A stretch of DNA of 13,966 nucleotides from Candidatus Thorarchaeota archaeon (GCA_016839605.1 JAEOTX010000172.1:1-13966), one strand, 5' to 3'; shown: positions 1-8,272, counted from the stretch's first letter. Made by a program: numbers and translations. Notes: generated by a model from the sequence alone, not told the origin.

Positions 1-3000
1 AGTACAACTAGTACAACCATTGCTCCAACCATAAAGTATAGTGTAGATGGTCCGCCAGATGGCGGAGGGGGTGGAGGTGTAGTTGGACCAGTTGTTGTTG
101 TGGTCGTCTCATTGCTTTGCAGGGACAGGAATGCACTCGAGTAGGAAACGAACACCGGATCAACGATGATGTCGTGTCCACCCCAGTACTCGTAGCCAGC
201 AGTCATGAAGAGCATGGAAGCCTGAACATTCCAGTTCGTGACACTTGTACCAGATTCTGACTCAAACATCACACTAAATGCACCTAATGGAGCAGTGGAT
301 GAACCTGAGCGGTGAATTGTTGAATAACCATCTCCACCCCAAAGGTATGGGAGATCACCCATAGACACATTGGCAAATGGGCTGTCCTCTGAGCCAAACC
401 GGTAGTAGTCAGCACCTTGGCTGTCCTGGTTCGTGTCAGTGACTGGTCGCTCACCAGCAGTATAGCGGGTTGCGGTGCCAGTTGCTAGAATTCCGAAGTA
501 GTTCACAGCTAAGCTGCGTCCCGCCAAGACACTGTTGCCGAACTCATGAAGTGTCCAGTCACCAATGACCTGATCGATCTTGAATGAGACAGCATGGTTC
601 CAAGTCTGTGGATCTTCTGGGTCGTACTCAACCATGTCAACACTGAATGTGACATCAAATGACATCTCATCAATTGTTGCTGGTGTGATCCAGTAGTCGA
701 AGTTGGTCCTATTGAGTCCAATAGCGCCATCATATGACTCTCTGAAGGCCCATGGGCCTCTTAGTGAGTCTGAGTGCTCAACTCGAATTGGATATATGGT
801 CACATCAACGTCATAGATGGAAACACCAAAGTCAACTACAGTATCAGCAGTGACTCTAATGTCTCCTGAGTCATCAATGGAACCAAATGGCCGCCTCAAC
901 TCAATGCTTCCAATGTCATCTATCAAGACGACATGTGTCACTTCATCCGTTGTCAGCTGTCCGTTCTCAAATGAGAAGTCGGGAGCTGCTGGAGTAGGAC
1001 CAAAACCATCGTTGAAGATGAGAAGTCCAGCATACTCAGCCTGGAAATGAGCTAGAGTTGCTTGGTTCTCAGCTATGGATACCCAGAAGTTCTGAGTTGT
1101 ACCCCATGCAAACCAAGTCGTCTTCCAATGGTTCTGTTCAAGCCCTGTTATTCCACTGAGGTCGATTGTCCGATTCACTGTCATCCATGCAGCGTAGATG
1201 TATCCGGGCTTGGCAACGTCATTACCCATGTCTGCCCAGACAGTGTCTTGGATATCAACCATTTCAGCGGCATCAACAGGTGTCCAGTCGTCAGCATGGT
1301 ACCAGTAGAAGGTTTCATTGGCCTCATACCAGAGGTTTAGCTGAACGACACCCATCCAGTTCTCTGACCAGAACTCGTCACCCATATCACCAGGTGTTGG
1401 ATCAAAGCCTACTCCTACCCACATACCATCAACGCTCCAATTGCCCCACTCTCTCCAATATCCAGTCCTCTTGACAAAATACTGGTCATCCGTTGTGTAG
1501 ACATTTCCATCAAGGTCGATGGCACCGTCCTCAGTGATGGTCCATTTCTCAGGTTTATAGACTGGAATGTCACCGAGTATCAAGTGACGTGGACTCCAGA
1601 AGACATCTGATGAGATGTCGACTTCATTGTAGGCATCTGTCCAAGCATCAACAAGGTTGTTGTATTGAGGTACAGTAAGAGCTGTTCCGTTCAACCACCA
1701 AGGATAGTTCCAGGTTGCATTTGCTGTATCCCAGATTCTGAGATTGTCAATCACACCGACTTTCACACGTGCACTGTCTATGATCATGTCAGGCGCATCC
1801 GCAGTGAAACCAAATTGAACCTTAAGCGTAGTTAGAGATTCCTCAATTTCAATTTCAAAATCACTAACAGCTATGTGATTGGCTGGGATTGGAACAGTCC
1901 ACAAGTGGACACCACCATGCTCAAACATGCTAACCCAGTATGTGGATGAAGTTGACGCAAGATCCGTCCTGAAGTCTAAGACCACACTGTGGATAATATC
2001 TACTCTCCAATAGTGAGTTTCATTACCATCCATTCCGGTTCCCATGACCTCAATCGTAAGCTCCGCTAACTCTCGGGTCAAGTTGTAGTCAGCCACAGGT
2101 TCACCCTGTTGAAAGATGAACGATCCATTGACTTCCTCCATAGGCGCATGCACAAGCATAGTGAGGTTCAAGTTATCATCCTGCTGTGCGATATCTGCGA
2201 TATGACCCAAGTCATCGAATACAAATGCCTCAATGAAGCCCTTCTGGAAAGCTAGTTTCATGGTCTGCTTGTGGCTGACATCTGGTCGCGCTGTGATTGG
2301 CCTGCCATGGATATCAAAGACCATTGAAAGACTGAGCTCTGGCTCAATAGTCCCTCCGTTGAAAAATCCTTCATCAAGGTCAACTAGGTCTGTGAAGTAT
2401 CCACTCCATTGAAGTCTGTGGCCGCCATCGTAGACACCCATGTAGGTTGAATTGGTCACGAAGTAGTCTGACATCCGAATTGTGGCATTCTCAATGCAAG
2501 TCAGCAATGGGAACCACAAGCCTATGCCTCCACCAAGATCCACCCAGGTCCAATTGACATCAAGATAGCCAGCAAGGGCGTAGATGTCTGTTGCATTGTG
2601 TTTCAGGAACATGAATGGATAGAGCTCCACCTCCTGTTCCTCCCAAGCAACATCTCTGTTGAAGAGAACACTGTCGCTGTCTTGAAGGCCCTCGGGGTAG
2701 GTCCAGTTGGCAGTAATCTTTAGGCTCTCATTGAATGTGAGCTGTGTGAAAGGAATAAAGACCTCTCCAAACTGTGCTGTCGACATCATCCTAATCGTGA
2801 ACGTGTCACCCACATCCACGAAGTGTGTGATGTCGCCCTGAGGATTGACAATGTCTGCATAGTAGTAGTCAGGAAGCTGGAAGTCTCTAGGATCTACAGC
2901 CATACCTAGACCAATTGGTGGCGTGATGAATCCACCGCCTTCTAGAGCGGAAATCCACGATGGCGAGGCAGGTCGATTCATAGTATCAACAGCCTGCATA

Positions 3001-3569
3001 CCAGTCCACATAATTGCTGGCACGATCATCAACTCATAGGTGATCGCAAAGACAACTCTATAGTAGTCTGCTTCTTCAGAGTATTCACAAGAGAGTGAAT
3101 CAAGCGTGATGAAGTTTGCAGCAACTGGTGTTTCTGCTACACCAACGTATCGGAAAGCCATGCTGTTCCATCTGTCAGAAGTCACGTTGTATTCCAGGCC
3201 GAAGTATGGGGCTCTAGGACCTTGCTTGACACCCCAGAACTGGATTGCCTCCAGTTCATTTCCTTCTCCTAGGAAGATTTTCGGGACAGTGATATTGATC
3301 AATAAATCAGTCCCAACATTAACAAGATAGCTATTATCGGCTATATGGGTGAGATTGCTGGCGTAGCCTACCCAGATTTTGGGTTGCGGACCAAAGATCC
3401 ACTCGGAGTGTTCGGCAGAGTTGTCAAATTGTCTAACATCATCTGCAACCTGCCATGCCACTCGAATAAACGGATCAGTAGGAGTCTGAGCAGCTACGAG
3501 GCCTGCTGTCGCAACAACACTCACCGCGAATACCGCGATTATAGCAACAGTCGAAATTTGCTTATTCAT
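1..3569 (-). CDS. Large secreted, C-terminally membrane-anchored cell-surface glycoprotein (type I topology); 3' end truncated by the window edge (>1189 aa)
   Basis: Hand translation from the ATG at 3569 stays open to base 1. It starts MNKQISTVAIIAVFAVSVVATAGLVAA|QTP (Sec-type signal peptide). The body is acidic and rich in Trp/Tyr/Thr with about 21 N-X-S/T sequons. It ends ...NETTTTTTGPTTPPPPPPSGGPSTLYFMVGAMVVLVV (linker plus the start of a TM helix). AGGTGA RBS lies 5 nt upstream. Absent from the ORF track because no stop codon is inside the window. Confidence 0.92.
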   Translation of the reverse strand, partial: MNKQISTVAIIAVFAVSVVATAGLVAAQTPTDPFIRVAWQVADDVRQFDNSAEHSEWIFGPQPKIWVGYASNLTHIADNSYLVNVGTDLLINITVPKIFLGEGNELEAIQFWGVKQGPRAPYFGLEYNVTSDRWNSMAFRYVGVAETPVAANFITLDSLSCEYSEEADYYRVVFAITYELMIVPAIMWTGMQAVDTMNRPASPSWISALEGGGFITPPIGLGMAVDPRDFQLPDYYYADIVNPQGDITHFVDVGDTFTIRMMSTAQFGEVFIPFTQLTFNESLKITANWTYPEGLQDSDSVLFNRDVAWEEQEVELYPFMFLKHNATDIYALAGYLDVNWTWVDLGGGIGLWFPLLTCIENATIRMSDYFVTNSTYMGVYDGGHRLQWSGYFTDLVDLDEGFFNGGTIEPELSLSMVFDIHGRPITARPDVSHKQTMKLAFQKGFIEAFVFDDLGHIADIAQQDDNLNLTMLVHAPMEEVNGSFIFQQGEPVADYNLTRELAELTIEVMGTGMDGNETHYWRVDIIHSVVLDFRTDLASTSSTYWVSMFEHGGVHLWTVPIPANHIAVSDFEIEIEESLTTLKVQFGFTADAPDMIIDSARVKVGVIDNLRIWDTANATWNYPWWLNGTALTVPQYNNLVDAWTDAYNEVDISSDVFWSPRHLILGDIPVYKPEKWTITEDGAIDLDGNVYTTDDQYFVKRTGYWREWGNWSVDGMWVGVGFDPTPGDMGDEFWSENWMGVVQLNLWYEANETFYWYHADDWTPVDAAEMVDIQDTVWADMGNDVAKPGYIYAAWMTVNRTIDLSGITGLEQNHWKTTWFAWGTTQNFWVSIAENQATLAHFQAEYAGLLIFNDGFGPTPAAPDFSFENGQLTTDEVTHVVLIDDIGSIELRRPFGSIDDSGDIRVTADTVVDFGVSIYDVDVTIYPIRVEHSDSLRGPWAFRESYDGAIGLNRTNFDYWITPATIDEMSFDVTFSVDMVEYDPEDPQTWNHAVSFKIDQVIGDWTLHEFGNSVLAGRSLAVNYFGILATGTATRYTAGERPVTDTNQDSQGADYYRFGSEDSPFANVSMGDLPYLWGGDGYSTIHRSGSSTAPLGAFSVMFESESGTSVTNWNVQASMLFMTAGYEYWGGHDIIVDPVFVSYSSAFLSLQSNETTTTTTGPTTPPPPPPSGGPSTLYFMVGAMVVLVV
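60..107 (-). repeat. Low-complexity coding tract: Thr6 (90-107) and Pro6 (60-77) juxtamembrane linker
   Basis: Codons ACG ACC ACA ACA ACA ACT ... CCT CCA CCC CCT CCG CCA. The mixed synonymous codons indicate a protein-level repeat. Confidence 0.85.
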
Positions 3570-3574
3570 ATTCT

Positions 3575-3580
3575 TCACCT
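3575..3580 (-). promoter_or_regulatory. Shine-Dalgarno site (AGGTGA) of the surface-protein gene
   Basis: Minus strand reads ggaaAGGTGAagaatATG. Confidence 0.75.
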
Positions 3581-3728
3581 TTCCAAGGTCCACCGATTCC
3601 ATCTCTCATGACAGGCGGGAAAATCTGATGGCCTGTCATCTCGTCTTGGAAAAGAGATTGTAGGTGGTTTTCTCGTATTTGGCGCATTCATAGAGGTACA
3701 ATCCTATTGTCCTCTGATGGAAAAAACC
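3575..3728 (-). promoter_or_regulatory. Structured 5' leader / candidate cis-regulatory RNA
   Basis: Perfect 9-bp inverted repeat ATGACAGGC (3608-3616)/GCCTGTCAT (3631-3639). Bulged hairpin AGAGG-T-ACAAT-CCT-ATTGT-CCTCT (3692-3715). 8-bp pair TTTCCAAG (3580-3587)/CTTGGAAA (3645-3652) abutting the RBS. Confidence 0.45.
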
Positions 3729-3760
3729 GACAAACTGCAGTATATCATCGATTTGAGAAC

Positions 3761-3770
3761 ATATTAAGGT
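3761..3770 (-). promoter_or_regulatory. Candidate archaeal TATA box (CCTTAATAT) for the surface-protein gene
   Basis: Most AT-rich TATA-like element in the 3570-3793 gap. It would place a transcription start near 3735-3740, just upstream of the structured leader. Confidence 0.35.
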
Positions 3771-3793
3771 ATACTGGATGAGTCATACAGTCC

Positions 3794-4780
3794 CTAATTG
3801 GATGCTATTGCCTCAACTATACCCGCGTTTTCTTCGATAATAGCTTCTCCCTTGCTCTCTAGTATTCTCAGAAGGTCAAAGGTTTCAGCCAAAGCTAAGA
3901 CCATTGAATTCACATCATAATCGCCGAACTGCTTGCGTGAAAGCCAATAAAGAGTACGAGGTTGGGAGGAAAGGACGCCCTTCATTTGATCCAGCTTCGA
4001 GCTATATTCTGACTGCAACTCAGCCACTCTCGAAGAAAGGTCTGAAACTGGATCCCTGTGTCCTGGTAGAGCGGTATAGCCCGAAAGGGACTCCATCCGC
4101 TTCAGAGATCTAATGTATTTCACCATAGATATCTGCTCACTAATATCATAGTCAAGACTCGGATTCGAACTGATTGTAGCAAGGATATGATCGCCACTGA
4201 AGACTAGTTTTGAGTCATCACAGACAAAACAACATGAGCCACTAGAGTGACCTGGAACCCACATAGTCCTGAGGGTGCCAATGCTGGTCTTGATGGTAGT
4301 TCCCTCCTCCAGTAGAAACACATCTGGAACCGACTCTCCAAATCTGAGAAAATAGCTCTCTAGATATCCAACTGGCATCATTGGCCGTTCATCTGCCCCA
4401 ACTCCTGCCATCTCTATAATTCTAATATAGGATTGAACTCGGTCCTTGGTAAATGTCTCATAGTTCAACACTCGATTGCTGTCTGCTTCATGAATACTAA
4501 CAACTGTTGAAGAATCACCTTTGTGTTCATTCTCTCTAGCAATTGTTCCTGCTAGGCCCGTATGATCCACGTGTCCATGAGTCAGAATGACACGATCTAT
4601 ATCCTCTAGGGTGTATCCTGCTCGCAGAAGTCCCTTCCGAAGTGCTGCAAGAGCTTCATCCATCTTGGGTCCTGTATCAATCAAAATAACCGGGTCGCCT
4701 TCAATCAAATACGAATTCATAGTGCCAACTTCGAAAGGAGTCGGAATCTCTATCCGATGAATCTCCCGCGGAATATCCAT
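3794..4780 (-). CDS. Metallo-beta-lactamase-fold hydrolase with a probable C-terminal winged-helix-like extension
   Basis: All MBL motifs are present: LIDTG, THGHVDH (HxHxDH), PGHS, FSGDH, PGH. AGGAG RBS at 4791-4795. Substrate is not assignable from sequence. Confidence 0.92.
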   Translation of the reverse strand: MDIPREIHRIEIPTPFEVGTMNSYLIEGDPVILIDTGPKMDEALAALRKGLLRAGYTLEDIDRVILTHGHVDHTGLAGTIARENEHKGDSSTVVSIHEADSNRVLNYETFTKDRVQSYIRIIEMAGVGADERPMMPVGYLESYFLRFGESVPDVFLLEEGTTIKTSIGTLRTMWVPGHSSGSCCFVCDDSKLVFSGDHILATISSNPSLDYDISEQISMVKYIRSLKRMESLSGYTALPGHRDPVSDLSSRVAELQSEYSSKLDQMKGVLSSQPRTLYWLSRKQFGDYDVNSMVLALAETFDLLRILESKGEAIIEENAGIVEAIASN

Positions 4781-4807
4781 ACTTGATGCACTCCTATTGG
4801 AGGGCTG

Positions 4808-6823
4808 CTACAGCTCCTCAAAGTAGACTCTTAGCAGTTCAGCTACGTTACGTGCTCTAGATAAACAGCCGCGATCCCTGTGCGGTGAGGATCCATCAAA
4901 GAGTCCAGAGATTGTTCCAAGCGCTCCACGTCTGACCGAGCTTAATACTGGGCGAAAGAACTCTTGCTCCGCGAACATACGAGTGGAGGGCTCTCTACCC
5001 ATAACTGTGAGGTACGCAGAGATATACGCTCCAATTAGCCAAGGATGCACGCTGCCTTGATGAGTAGCATCAGCCCTGCTGCGAGGGCCACCAGTGCAAG
5101 CGCGGGCGTACCTTGCGTCTTGGGTGGAGAGTGTCCTCAATCCAAATGGCGTGACTAATTCATTCGTTACAACCTTGAGAACAGACCGTGCCATCTTGTC
5201 CTGCAGAAGCGGAAAGGGCAAGCTCAGAGCGAAGATTTGGTTTGGACGAACTGAGGCATCGTTCTCATCATCATTCACGACATCATAGAGATACCCCTTA
5301 TCTTCATCGTAAAATGTCTGCACGAAAGATTCTTGGATCCAGGAGGCTACAGCTTTGAACTCGTAGGGGTCACGACCCATTAGGTCCGACATGGATGCCA
5401 TCGCCATCAATGAATTGTACCAAAGAGAGTTGGTCTCAACACATTTTCCAACTCTCGGAGTGGCAACCCAATTTCCAATCTTCTCATTCATCCAAGAGAC
5501 CTCAATCCCATCAATTCCTGAACTGATTAGGCCGTCGTGGTCCTCGTGGATGTTATACTTGGTTCCAATTCTGAAAGATGCTATGATGGATTCCATTGTA
5601 TCCCAGATGATGCCTCGTAGAAATTCGGCATCATTTGTGGCTTGGATGTACTTGTAGACGCCCATTATATACCAAAGTGAAGCATCAACGGAGTCATATT
5701 CGGGCTGGATGCCCTTATCTGGAAAATCATTCGCAACGAGGCCATATCGAGAGTGTCTGGCGTATGTTGTCAGAATTGCTCGAGCATCTTGGAATCTCCC
5801 AATTGACATAGTCAATCCTGGAAGAGAAATTAGTGCGTCTAGTCCGATATCTGCCAGTTGGTGATAACCAGCGATGACTGACCTCATTCCAGTAGATGCT
5901 CGGTCAACTATGAAGGAGTCAGCATTTAGAACGAGCCACTCAATGTCTTCATCTCGTTCCTTTTCAGACATAGAGTATGCACGATCATTGAGTATTTTCC
6001 GCCTCCGAAGCTCCTCGAACCGTAGCTTGGCGAAGTCTTTGCGTTCTGCTTTCGCCAATCCCCCAAGATCTGCTAGCAACTCCTTTCTTGTAGGTCCAAC
6101 AGCGAAAAGAAGTGACAAGAAGTGTTCTCCTGGCTCCAAAACAGTGTGAAAGACTCCCGGTATATAGAGCTGCTCCTGATGTGGGAGGCCCATGTCTTTT
6201 TCTCTTCTATAGATCTGAGAGTCTGTGGGTCTTATCTCGGATGCTGCGAATTCAGCGTCTGGTGTGTAAGACAGCATCCATGGACTATTTGGACGGTCAT
6301 CAAAAGAAAAGTATGAGTGATCATCGATTGCTTCGACCTGTGGTGTGAAATCTAGGTGAGGGGGTCGTGCATGAAAGCCTCTGCAGGTCTGCAGTGGAGT
6401 GACAGTGAATACAATCTCCTCGTCATTTTTCAGCTCATAGTTCACTATAGTAAAATTCTTTCTATACGCCATGAACATTGCCTTGTCAATAGTCACACCG
6501 TCACTGACGAACTTCATCTCAGGAAGCGGATTCAGTTGGAAGCTCTCTAGCATTCGATAGCCACGATGAACAACTCCATTGATGGTCTGTTCTGTTGCTA
6601 GATTGAATTCTCCTTGAGATGTAGCGACAACCTCATCTAAGCGAGATAGAGTGAGCCATCTATCAACAGGCGGATTTAACGACGATACCAAGAGACCATG
6701 ATAACCTCTAGTATTGAGTCCAGCTATTGTGGATGAAGCGTATCCGCCGATGCCATTTGTATAAAGCCATTCAAACGTGACAGCTCTGTTGAGCTTCAAG
6801 TCAGCATCATCCATTATTATCAA
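4808..6823 (-). CDS. Archaeal-type glycogen debranching enzyme / amylo-alpha-1,6-glucosidase homolog (GDE_N + GDE_C), probably catalytically inactive
   Basis: Family motifs EWLYTNGIGGYASST, TRGYHGLLV, VIAGYH, SVDASLWY, PRVGKCVE, VRPNQIFALSL, TPFGLRTLS, HQG..HPWL. Catalytic motifs are degenerate (WMN for WMD, ISGLFDG for ISEIFDG). Start is either TTG 6823 or ATG 6814. Confidence 0.9.
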   Translation of the reverse strand: MIIMDDADLKLNRAVTFEWLYTNGIGGYASSTIAGLNTRGYHGLLVSSLNPPVDRWLTLSRLDEVVATSQGEFNLATEQTINGVVHRGYRMLESFQLNPLPEMKFVSDGVTIDKAMFMAYRKNFTIVNYELKNDEEIVFTVTPLQTCRGFHARPPHLDFTPQVEAIDDHSYFSFDDRPNSPWMLSYTPDAEFAASEIRPTDSQIYRREKDMGLPHQEQLYIPGVFHTVLEPGEHFLSLLFAVGPTRKELLADLGGLAKAERKDFAKLRFEELRRRKILNDRAYSMSEKERDEDIEWLVLNADSFIVDRASTGMRSVIAGYHQLADIGLDALISLPGLTMSIGRFQDARAILTTYARHSRYGLVANDFPDKGIQPEYDSVDASLWYIMGVYKYIQATNDAEFLRGIIWDTMESIIASFRIGTKYNIHEDHDGLISSGIDGIEVSWMNEKIGNWVATPRVGKCVETNSLWYNSLMAMASMSDLMGRDPYEFKAVASWIQESFVQTFYDEDKGYLYDVVNDDENDASVRPNQIFALSLPFPLLQDKMARSVLKVVTNELVTPFGLRTLSTQDARYARACTGGPRSRADATHQGSVHPWLIGAYISAYLTVMGREPSTRMFAEQEFFRPVLSSVRRGALGTISGLFDGSSPHRDRGCLSRARNVAELLRVYFEEL

Positions 6824-6849
6824 GCGTACTAGCCTCTAATCCACTGGTT

Positions 6850-6886
6850 TCTTTATAGCAGCCGTTTCTACTAGGCACTATAAGGA
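6850..6886. promoter_or_regulatory. Divergent promoter region with two TATA-like boxes forming an imperfect inverted repeat
   Basis: TCTTTATAG (6850-6858) and CTATAAGGA (6878-6886) are 8/9 complementary and lie between the divergent GDE-like and MFS genes. Confidence 0.45.
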
Positions 6887-6972
6887 TTCTGTGATTACGT
6901 GCAGAACACAGCAACAGGTAGCGTCATAAGGCACTCGACAGTTTTCCGCAACCACTAAGGGGAACATGCTCC

Positions 6973-8247
6973 ATGCCAGATATTCCTAATGACTTATCGG
7001 CTGATGCCGAATCATTAGCAATCGAAGAAGAGAGCTACGGGTTTCTTGGTTTGAGTAGCAGTCTTTGGCGTCTTGCAATTGTGGTAGGTATTGCGCAGTT
7101 TACCATTAGTATTTGGAATTGGGAGTTCAGTATCTTTCTAGAGACCTTCCTTGAGCCTTGGCAAATGGGCTTGATATTTTCAACCAGTACGATCGCTAGT
7201 CTGTTGGGATATTTCCTCTCTGGCACAATTGCAGATCGTATAGGCCGCAAGAAGACAATGATGTTCGCATTCCTACCTACAGCATTAGGTCTCTTCTTTC
7301 TGGTCAATTATCCTATGTGGCCATTCATCCCTCTAGAGTATGCTTCCATCATGTTTGGATGGAGCTTCATATTGATAATGAGCAGAGCAATACCAGCAGA
7401 TGAGATTGAGAGTACCGGAGGCCATAATGCAGCACGACGATTTACAATGGTACTCTTGCCTGCCTTTATCGTAGATGGCATCAGTCCTGCAATCGGAGCT
7501 ACCTTGCTCAATGTAGGTTTCATCCCAAGAGACCTTCACACATTGGCAGGTATCGGGGCGATTATTGCATGCCTGGCTGCATTCCTCCTGATCCAGGAGT
7601 CTCTAGGTGGAGAAATCCTTGATAGAACAAAGAAAGGCCCACTCATTTCCTTCAGACGACTGGGGTCCAACTTCTGGAAACTATCGGTGGGAATGATTGC
7701 TTTCATATTCTTCTTCAACTCCGCTCTGGCTTACTATGGAAACATCATCGTGGGTGAATGGGGACTCGATGAAACAACTTTTGGATACGCATGGAGCGGT
7801 TTCTCTGTAGCCACTGTGCTATTGATGCATACAATAAGTGGCTATGTTGACAGGGGACTGAAGAAATCTCTATTCCTAGCAATTCTAGGAAATGGAATAA
7901 TCATTACAGTGTTTGCACTCGCAGGTGGTGCTTGGACACTCTTTCTCCTCAACTTCATCTGGGCAGTTCCCGTTGTCATGTGGATTGGTGCTGAGAGAAC
8001 ACTGGTTGTTCAAGATGTGGATGAGGAGAACAAGGGAAGGGCTCTTGGCACGTATCAGTTCATCTCAAGTTCAACGAATCTTGTTGCAGCACCCTTTGGT
8101 GCGTATATCTGGACGGTCTCTGGAAGTCTCAGGACATTGTGGACCATCTCAGGTATAGGAGGAATCATCTCTGCTCTGTTTCTGGGTGGTGCACTGAGAT
8201 CAATGTCAGAGAAGAAGAAAGCTGACAGAAATCTTGACTCGGAGTGA
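6973..8247 (+). CDS. MFS transporter (copy 1)
   Basis: 424 aa with about 12 hydrophobic segments. Motif A GTIADRIGRKK, second-half SGYVDRG, and the E.KGRALG motif. Confidence 0.93.
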   Translation: MPDIPNDLSADAESLAIEEESYGFLGLSSSLWRLAIVVGIAQFTISIWNWEFSIFLETFLEPWQMGLIFSTSTIASLLGYFLSGTIADRIGRKKTMMFAFLPTALGLFFLVNYPMWPFIPLEYASIMFGWSFILIMSRAIPADEIESTGGHNAARRFTMVLLPAFIVDGISPAIGATLLNVGFIPRDLHTLAGIGAIIACLAAFLLIQESLGGEILDRTKKGPLISFRRLGSNFWKLSVGMIAFIFFFNSALAYYGNIIVGEWGLDETTFGYAWSGFSVATVLLMHTISGYVDRGLKKSLFLAILGNGIIITVFALAGGAWTLFLLNFIWAVPVVMWIGAERTLVVQDVDEENKGRALGTYQFISSSTNLVAAPFGAYIWTVSGSLRTLWTISGIGGIISALFLGGALRSMSEKKKADRNLDSE

Positions 8248-8272
8248 CCGAGGAATCTTCTTATCTCGGTTA
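8245..8272. promoter_or_regulatory. Inverted repeat ACCGAG-N12-CTCGGT upstream of the NurA-like gene (operator or hairpin)
   Basis: ACCGAG 8247-8252 and CTCGGT 8265-8270, extendable with G-U pairs. It encloses TTCTTATC and is followed by the AT-rich TAATATAAT (8279-8287). Confidence 0.3.

Noticed and set aside
60-107. Microsatellite or phase-variable tract (GTT repeats, G-rich run)
   Set aside because: Explained by Thr/Pro codons with mixed synonymous usage; too short and impure for a slippage locus.
509-3611. Short ORFs in the track (509-733, 817-1050, 1062-1340, 1166-1474, 3106-3330, 3345-3611)
   Set aside because: All lie within or mostly overlap the long minus-strand surface-protein frame, as antisense or alternative frames, and show no recognisable motifs.
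3570-3793. tRNA, CRISPR array or a known riboswitch class in the largest intergenic gap
   Set aside because: No cloverleaf or T-loop consensus, no regularly spaced repeats, and no consensus of a riboswitch family that I recognise. Reported only as an unclassified structured leader.
3904-6550. Plus-strand ORFs opposite the MBL and GDE-like genes
   Set aside because: Antisense shadows of well-supported genes; Ser/Arg-rich and without motifs.
4808-6823. Calling the GDE-like gene a pseudogene
   Set aside because: No frameshift or premature stop. Substitutions are focused on active-site residues while structural motifs are preserved.
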